Below, one piece after another: positions 46,246-52,184 of a stretch of DNA of 52,184 nt (its first letter is position 1; every line of letters starts with the position of its first letter). Source of the DNA: a virus (taxonomy: Duplodnaviria; Caudoviricetes); the IMG/VR virus record IMGVR_UViG_3300044858_004443, positions 1 through 52,184 of that record. One strand, 5' to 3'. The notes under the pieces were generated by a model that had not been told where the DNA came from, ran no database searches, and saw nothing but the letters and a program-made list of their open reading frames with translations. Position numbers and translations under genes: made by a program.

Positions 46246-47030
46246 TGCAGAGAAAAGTGGCATTAACTGATATTGCAATTTTTGGTGAACTTGATATGTT
46301 GTACAATCAAGTTCGTATTCTTGAAGCAAAGCAAAATGAAACTCAATACAAATGTCTTGGCTCTGGCAAATGTTGTAAAATTGGCATCACCATTCATATG
46401 GCTGAGTGTGCGAATATTGCATACAATTTAAATAAACAATACTATCTTCACCTAGAAAATAAAGGCGAGCAATTTGCAAAAGAGTGGTTTGATAGCGTTG
46501 TATCTTCTCTAAAGGAGGCAATGAATGACACTAGTTGGGAGTTTGGCGGTGAGACAGAGAGATGGTGTGCATTCTATAAAAATGGTTGCTCTATTTATGG
46601 ATATAGACCAATGGTGTGTAGAAGTTTTGGAACAATAGCCGGTGTTGATGATTACTGTCCACGAATTAGGAATGCTTATGGCAATATAGATTTTTACGCC
46701 GGTGAGCCAGTTGAAGATCTTGTTAGGCAATTTCAATTTTTAATGAAAAAGTACGCTAAAGATAAAGATTCAAATTACGATGTAGTTGTTTATATGCCAT
46801 TAGGTGTTCTTAGCTTTTTAATTTCAACAGAGGAATTAGAAGAATTGGCTAAAAACACAGATGACAAAATGTGGAGAGCCGTTCAGGGATGGTACAACTA
46901 CAGAGTTGAGTACACGAAGGTGCATGGTTTGCCACTGCCAAGGCTTAAAGAAGAAGCTGCAGCTGCTGGTGGTGTAATTGGATTTAACATAGATGAAAAT
47001 ACAGTGGACAACAGCGACAGCACCCAATAA
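46245..47030 (+). CDS. YkgJ/CxxCxxCC-family cysteine-cluster protein
   Basis: CLGSGKCC ... CAFY..GCSIYGYRPMVCRSFG ... CP. Confidence 0.8.
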   Translation: MQRKVALTDIAIFGELDMLYNQVRILEAKQNETQYKCLGSGKCCKIGITIHMAECANIAYNLNKQYYLHLENKGEQFAKEWFDSVVSSLKEAMNDTSWEFGGETERWCAFYKNGCSIYGYRPMVCRSFGTIAGVDDYCPRIRNAYGNIDFYAGEPVEDLVRQFQFLMKKYAKDKDSNYDVVVYMPLGVLSFLISTEELEELAKNTDDKMWRAVQGWYNYRVEYTKVHGLPLPRLKEEAAAAGGVIGFNIDENTVDNSDSTQ

Positions 47031-48087
47031 ATCAGAAGGATACTCAGATGCAGCTGGGTATTTAAAAAATAATCTTAAAAAAGATTTTTCTATTATTGAG
47101 CACAATGCAACCAGCCCGGTCGAAGAGGATTCGGCTGAGGTTGGCAAATTAGCTAGCATGGGTATTGGGATATTCTATGAAAAATCTGAAAAAGATGTTG
47201 ACATTTATATCCATAATACATTGCCAATTCTGTTTAATAAAAAAAATGGCTACAATGTTTGCTTCACATACTGGGAGACATCTAGGATTCCTTATCAATG
47301 GCTAGATGTATTAAATAGCGCAGATGAGGTTTGGACAACATCTAGATGGGCTAGAGAGGTATTTATAAACTCTGGTGTGCAAATACCTGTATATGACTTT
47401 AAATTGGGGATAAATGATCAAATCTATACACTTCCGGATATGCCTAGGAAGCTTGCACGGGAGCCATTTACTTTTCTTTGCATTGGTTCCCCATCCACCA
47501 GGAAGAATTCTCAGATCGCAGTGAATGCTTTTCTAAAGTTATTTGGTCATGATGAAAGGTTTAAGCTTATATATAAATCAAATGGACCGCCAGATGCAAG
47601 GATTTATAATGACACTCTGGAAATGAAAATGATGTTAAGCGAGCATCCAAGGATAGAGGTTATTGATTGGCAAGTTAGTGAATCTGATCTTGCATCCATA
47701 TATAAAAGATCAGATTGTGTTCTTTATCCAACTAGCGGAGAGGGCTGGGGGCTGCTGCCGGTTCAGGGCATAGCATTAGGTATACCTACAATATGTACTA
47801 ACGCTACGGCATGTACTGAGTTTGCACACCTATCCGTACCATTAGGGTTTAAATGGGGAAGTAAAAATATGACTGGAATATATGAGGGGTGTGGAGAGTG
47901 GGCTGAGCCAGATTTCGATGATTTATGTGATAAAATGTTATATGTTGTAAACAACTATGATGAAGTTGCATTGAATACTTTTGATGGCGCTAAGTACGTT
48001 CACAAAAATTTTACCTGGGAAAAGGTCAGTATTGAATATAAGGAAAGATTATGTCAGATATCGAACAAGTTAAGCAAAAAAGTTTAA
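46993..48087 (+). CDS. Glycosyltransferase, GT-B/GT4-like (paralog of 42402..43625)
   Basis: WET..IP..W....DEVWT.S, RKNSQ and LYPTSGEGWGLLPVQGIALGIPTI. Confidence 0.85.
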   Translation: MKIQWTTATAPNKSEGYSDAAGYLKNNLKKDFSIIEHNATSPVEEDSAEVGKLASMGIGIFYEKSEKDVDIYIHNTLPILFNKKNGYNVCFTYWETSRIPYQWLDVLNSADEVWTTSRWAREVFINSGVQIPVYDFKLGINDQIYTLPDMPRKLAREPFTFLCIGSPSTRKNSQIAVNAFLKLFGHDERFKLIYKSNGPPDARIYNDTLEMKMMLSEHPRIEVIDWQVSESDLASIYKRSDCVLYPTSGEGWGLLPVQGIALGIPTICTNATACTEFAHLSVPLGFKWGSKNMTGIYEGCGEWAEPDFDDLCDKMLYVVNNYDEVALNTFDGAKYVHKNFTWEKVSIEYKERLCQISNKLSKKV

Positions 48088-48659
48088 TAGATAAAATTAA
48101 AGATGTGGAGCAGGTCGGATTGCTTCATGTTAAGGGATATAGCAATAGAGAAATTTCTGCTTTAATGGCTCTTAAAATTAATGAAGTAAAAGATTATATT
48201 GATGAATACAAAAGAATATTAAATAAAACTGTTGAGGATGATCCATATTTTCTTGAAAGAGTTCAATTCAATACAGTTAAAGCATTGCAGGAGTTTGATC
48301 AGTTAAGCAAAGAGGCTTGGGAAACTATTAATATTGCAACTGACAATGGAATGGTCGCTGCAAGAATACAGGCGATTAAATTAGCTGGGGAGATCGCATC
48401 TAAAAAAGCACAGTTGCATAAATTGCTCGGTGGAAATCAAGCCGATGGCGAATATATTGCAAGAATGCAAAAAGCAGAGAATGTCAATCAGATTCTTTCT
48501 AAAATCCTTAGAGATGTTATTGCGAAGCATCCATCAATTGCAGAGGAAGTTAGAAGGGAATTAGAAATAGCCTTTGAGATTATGTCGGGAGAAAGTGTCG
48601 ATCTGTCCGGTGATAGTCAAGAAGTGGTGGAGCATGAGGAGCCAGAATTTGAGAACTAG
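48051..48659 (+). CDS. Putative terminase small subunit (HTH plus coiled coil)
   Basis: KGYSNREISALMALKINEVKDYI HTH followed by long helices; directly upstream of the large terminase. Confidence 0.55.
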   Translation: MSDIEQVKQKSLIDKIKDVEQVGLLHVKGYSNREISALMALKINEVKDYIDEYKRILNKTVEDDPYFLERVQFNTVKALQEFDQLSKEAWETINIATDNGMVAARIQAIKLAGEIASKKAQLHKLLGGNQADGEYIARMQKAENVNQILSKILRDVIAKHPSIAEEVRRELEIAFEIMSGESVDLSGDSQEVVEHEEPEFEN

Positions 48660-48791
48660 AATTGAAGCCTTTATGTCAGAATTTGAGAACGAGTTTTACT
48701 GCCTTTATACCCTTGCTCAGAATTTGAGAACGGGTTTTGATGCCTTTATGACAAAGTACCAGAATTTGAGAACTGGTTTTGCTGCCTTTAT
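48643..48791 (+). repeat. Four-copy direct repeat CAGAATTTGAGAAC-N10-GCCTTTAT
   Basis: Copies start at 48643, 48677, 48718 and 48760. Confidence 0.9.
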
Positions 48792-48812
48792 GGTATATTT
48801 GGTGAAATAATT

Positions 48813-50552
48813 ATGTCTGAATATCTTGGAATAAATTTGGAATTTGCAGATTTTGATAGATTGCTTAGGCAAGATGAATTGATGGAACAACCTGTACCAA
48901 TTGAAACATTCGTACAAGAAAAGAAATATCTTGGTCTTCCGCCATTGTCTCCCATACAGCTTGAAATAGTAAGACATAGTACGCAAATCTTTAAACTGCC
49001 TACTTTGCAAAAGCTTATGGGTGAACATGATGGTCTCGAATACTATAAGAAATATACAGATAATGAAGTAATTTGTATGTTAGGTAAAGGTTCCGGGAAG
49101 GACCATTGTAGCAGAATTTCAATCGCATACACGGCATATTTGCTACATTGTTTGCGTGATCCTCTCAGTTACTATGGTAAAGCAAATGGGGTGTATGTTG
49201 ACCTATTGAATCTTGCCGTAAACGCACAGCAGGCTCAAAGAGTTTTTTTCGAACCTTTAAAGAATCTATTACTTGGCTCTCCGTATTTTAATAGCGTTGG
49301 ATTTGAACCCAGAGTGTCAGAAATATTTTTCTTTTCTAGACCTGTAAGACTATTCTCCGGTCACTCAGAAAGTGAAGGCTGGGAAGGTTACGAAGTTTTA
49401 ACAATAGTGTTAGACGAAATCTCTGCATTTAAAACAGATACAGAATTAAAGGGTGATACAAGAGCTAAAGGTTCAGCCTCTGCGATCTATAATATGAGTA
49501 AGCTATCTGTAATGTCAAGATTCCCGGAAGTCGGAAAGGTTATCTTACTTTCATTCCCAAGATATAAGGGGGATTTTATTCAACAAAGATATTTTGGTGC
49601 TCAAGAAAGAAGTGAGCCTAAAACTTGGTATATAAAAGCAGCAACTTGGGAAGTAAATCCAACAATTAAAAGATCAGATCTTGAATCTGAATATGTAAGA
49701 AATCCTATAGAAGCTGCATCAAGATTTGAATGTGAACCACCAACAATGGAAGACGCATATTTTAGAGATGAAGATTTAGTTAGAAAAGCATTTATGTATG
49801 CAGACAATCCGGTGGATGAAGATGGTCGTTATCATAAATGGTTTAATAATGCAGATGGTCATAGAAGGTTTATACATGTTGACTTAGGATTTAAAAGAGA
49901 CAGATCGGCATTATGTATGACACATTGCGCAGGATTTAAAGAAGTAAAAACCTCTATGGGTGTAGAAAAGCTTCCGGTGATTAATGTTGATCTATTACAT
50001 TCTTGGGAAGCAGCACCCGGTGAAGAAATTAATTTTGCATCTGTCAGGCAAATGATAGTTGATTTGTGTAGAAAATTTGATGTAGCTAAAGTTACATTTG
50101 ATAGATGGCAATCAATTGAAATGATTCAGAGTTTGAGAGCTCAAGGAATCGCATCTGATTTCCACAGCGTTAAGAAGAGTGATTATGATACATTAATGAC
50201 TGCTATATACGATACAAGATTAAGAGGTTATTGGAATCAAATATTGGTCAATGAGGAACTTCTTAAGCTTAGATTGTTTAGTAACAATAAAATAGATCAC
50301 CCATCTGGTGGTTCAAAAGATATGGCAGATGCTCTTGCCGGATCTGTTTTTAATTGCGTAGAGAATATTGCCGTTGAACAAGAAGTGGAAGTTGAAGTAT
50401 TAGACTTTTCAATTCAGTCGGAAATTGATGAGGATTTAGAAGATTTTGGAACCGTAAGCGTGTATAATCATAATTTGAGACAGTTCACTCCCGGATATAA
50501 AGAAATTAGTGTACCAAGTCAGGAGGTGGGAAAGTGGATAGAATCAATATAG
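48813..50552 (+). CDS. terL: Terminase large subunit
   Basis: Walker A GKGSGKD, Walker B IVLDE, coupling motif LSFP, nuclease motifs HVDLG, FDRWQS and IDHP..GSKDMADA. Confidence 0.9.
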   Translation: MSEYLGINLEFADFDRLLRQDELMEQPVPIETFVQEKKYLGLPPLSPIQLEIVRHSTQIFKLPTLQKLMGEHDGLEYYKKYTDNEVICMLGKGSGKDHCSRISIAYTAYLLHCLRDPLSYYGKANGVYVDLLNLAVNAQQAQRVFFEPLKNLLLGSPYFNSVGFEPRVSEIFFFSRPVRLFSGHSESEGWEGYEVLTIVLDEISAFKTDTELKGDTRAKGSASAIYNMSKLSVMSRFPEVGKVILLSFPRYKGDFIQQRYFGAQERSEPKTWYIKAATWEVNPTIKRSDLESEYVRNPIEAASRFECEPPTMEDAYFRDEDLVRKAFMYADNPVDEDGRYHKWFNNADGHRRFIHVDLGFKRDRSALCMTHCAGFKEVKTSMGVEKLPVINVDLLHSWEAAPGEEINFASVRQMIVDLCRKFDVAKVTFDRWQSIEMIQSLRAQGIASDFHSVKKSDYDTLMTAIYDTRLRGYWNQILVNEELLKLRLFSNNKIDHPSGGSKDMADALAGSVFNCVENIAVEQEVEVEVLDFSIQSEIDEDLEDFGTVSVYNHNLRQFTPGYKEISVPSQEVGKWIESI

Positions 50553-50710
50553 CAAAAGATATACAAGTAGAGGCTTCAGAAGTTGTAGCGATACTTACAG
50601 ATAAAGTGGCAGATTTAACTGCACAAAATGCAGTCCTTACTGCACAAGTAAATACGCTGGTTAGAAAACTGAATCAGGCACAAGAAAAAAACTCTTTGAA
50701 AGAAGTTTAG
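50534..50710 (+). CDS. Unlisted 58-aa coiled-coil protein
   Basis: AGGAGG at 50521, GTG at 50534; VDRINIAKDIQVEASEVVAILTDKVADLTAQNAVLTAQVNTLVRKLNQAQEKNSLKEV. Confidence 0.65.
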   Translation: MDRINIAKDIQVEASEVVAILTDKVADLTAQNAVLTAQVNTLVRKLNQAQEKNSLKEV

Positions 50711-50798
50711 CGAGCGTCGTATAGTTTTTGACAAATGTGCTACTATCTCTCTTGTCGTCACGGTGACGATGAAATTACACAGTAAATAGGAGCATAAA

Positions 50799-51140
50799 AT
50801 GCAAATCAATGAAGCAAGCAATTTCCCAGTTATTTCACGCAGTGGTCGCACATCTGCTGAATTACAGCAGATAATCGATACATTGGTGCAGTCATCTGAA
50901 AACGGTAAGGCATACAGTATTGCCGGGGTTCAGTCTGGAAAACGGTATAACTCAATGCAACAGAGAATCAGAGCGCAAGCTAAGAAGTTAAACCTTCAAG
51001 TTCAGATTCACTTTGATAAAGTTAATGAGACACTTTATTTCAGAGTACCCGGAAAAGATGACATGGAAGTTACTGTCATTAAGAATACATCAGTAAAGGC
51101 AAAAGATGTTAAGAACGTCAAGACTTCGGTTAAGGCGTAA
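50799..51140 (+). CDS. Hypothetical basic protein
   Basis: SD AGGAG; upstream TGC-TACTAT and a TCGTCA/TGACGA hairpin; followed by a terminator. Confidence 0.65.
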   Translation: MQINEASNFPVISRSGRTSAELQQIIDTLVQSSENGKAYSIAGVQSGKRYNSMQQRIRAQAKKLNLQVQIHFDKVNETLYFRVPGKDDMEVTVIKNTSVKAKDVKNVKTSVKA

Positions 51141-51172
51141 TTAGCAGTTTTAGAAAAAAAAATAAATTTTTC

Positions 51173-51201
51173 GGGTGGGGCGAAAGCCCCACTTTTTTTT
51201 T
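51173..51201 (+). terminator. Rho-independent terminator
   Basis: GTGGGGC-GAAA-GCCCCAC followed by a T9 run. Confidence 0.9.
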
Positions 51202-51215
51202 AGTATAATGTCCAT

Positions 51216-52034
51216 ATGGCATTATTTGAGACACAGCAAATTGAAATTAGTAAAGAACAAACAAGCAAGTGGAATGTGTTATTCGCAATACCTTGCTACG
51301 ATATGCAAATATCTGAACCAACAGTTTTATCATTGATTAAAACAATGATGTATTTTAGAGATCACGGAATAAAGTTCGGTTTGTGTACGATAACCGATAG
51401 CTTAATTAACAGAGCTAGAAATAGCGTGGTTGCAAAATTTATGGGCTTTGAAAAGGCTACGCATTTGATGTTTATTGATGCAGACATAGCTTGGGAGCCG
51501 GAGAGCATTATTAAGCTTTTATATCATGAAAAAGAAGTGGTAACTGCCGCATACCCTATTAAAGAAATTGATTGGAAGCGTGTTGAGGAAAATGTAAAAG
51601 CCGGCATGGACAATAACAAATTATTAGATAACAGTGTTCGATTTGTTGTAAATCCTGTTCGTGATGCTAATAATAGAACTATTAATGTAAGCAATGGTGC
51701 ACTGGAAATATTTGATGCCGGCACCGGATTTATGTTAATTAAGAAGGAAGCTTTCATAAAAATGATGGAAAAATACCCAGAGCTAAAATACAACGACGAT
51801 ACCAACTCGTTAAATGATGAAGAAAAGAAATGGACCTATGCTTTCTTTAATTCATACATTGATCCACACATGAATAGATTTTTATCTGAAGACTATGGCT
51901 TCTGTAGATATTGGCAAAATATGGATGGAAAGATATGGGTTGATCCATCAATAGAGCTTACTCATTTAGGAAGAATAAAATATAAAGGCACTATGATGTC
52001 ATTTATAGAAAAGCACGCAAAGATAACAGAGTAG
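51216..52034 (+). CDS. GT-A fold glycosyltransferase-like protein
   Basis: SLINRARN, THLMFIDADIAW (DxD), AGTGFMLIKK, LSEDYGFC and IWVDPSIELTHLG. Confidence 0.75.
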   Translation: MALFETQQIEISKEQTSKWNVLFAIPCYDMQISEPTVLSLIKTMMYFRDHGIKFGLCTITDSLINRARNSVVAKFMGFEKATHLMFIDADIAWEPESIIKLLYHEKEVVTAAYPIKEIDWKRVEENVKAGMDNNKLLDNSVRFVVNPVRDANNRTINVSNGALEIFDAGTGFMLIKKEAFIKMMEKYPELKYNDDTNSLNDEEKKWTYAFFNSYIDPHMNRFLSEDYGFCRYWQNMDGKIWVDPSIELTHLGRIKYKGTMMSFIEKHAKITE

Positions 52035-52184
52035 TTTGAAATCAGTTTGAAAAAGGGATTTTTTCTCAAAATCACGAGACCTTGAGAAATACATACTAAA
52101 ATTTGTAGAAAAAAAGAAAAGAATGCGGGTAGTTCATTTATCGTATTCTTTAATAAAAGCTTTAATGCGTGGAAAGCGTGTATT

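Noticed and set aside
48643-48791. Repeat array as a mini-CRISPR
   Set aside because: The intervening segments are only 2-10 nt (or semi-conserved 10-mers), far too short for spacers, and no cas1/cas2 or effector genes are present.
48574-49028. ORFs 48574..48810 (+) and 48717..49028 (-)
   Set aside because: They are translations of the DNA repeat array or antisense to terL. The repeat periods (34, 41, 42) do not preserve frame, arguing against coding.
32923-50552. Inteins or introns in DnaB, DnaE, RecA or TerL
   Set aside because: Lengths are ordinary, motifs are contiguous, and no C/S...HN-C/S/T splice junctions or LAGLIDADG inserts were visible.
286-51805. The many minus-strand and alternative-frame ORFs in the six-frame track
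   Set aside because: All are nested in or overlap well-supported + strand genes, lack recognisable motifs, and are expected shadows of codon bias.
52035-52184. AT-rich tail of the window with a short GTTTGAAA repeat
   Set aside because: Too short and truncated to support an origin, terminus or regulatory call.

Overview
This window is an internal 52-kb fragment of a large, AT-rich (roughly 35-40% GC by eye) tailed dsDNA phage genome. Essentially all real genes lie on the + strand and are tightly packed, many with overlapping stop/start codons. In order: a membrane-anchored FN3/Thr-rich protein; a lysis cassette (two holin-like proteins and an M15 peptidase endolysin); fibre/neck genes; a siphovirus tail module (major tail protein, frameshifted tail assembly chaperone, a 4163-aa tape measure protein, two Dit-like paralogs, a PA14/LamG hub, and a Pro/Cys-rich tip protein with a neighbouring 2OG-Fe(II) oxygenase); an HNH endonuclease; a replication/recombination module (WhiB, DnaB, primase, SSB, an atypical tRNA-like element, 5'-nucleotidase, DnaE, RecA-like, MazG-like, resolvases, Cas4-like nuclease); and terminase genes. 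Four glycosyltransferase-like genes and a cytidylyltransferase are interspersed in the right half. WhiB, apparently leaderless promoters and the gene order suggest an actinobacterial host and a Streptomyces-phage BE/BK-like architecture (inference from recalled synteny). The most interesting signals are: a possible virion hydroxylation/glycosylation system, a four-copy phased repeat array between terS and terL, a non-canonical tRNA-like element, a non-canonical tail chaperone frameshift, and the giant mosaic tape measure protein. All product calls come from motif recognition by eye; no database searches were run.
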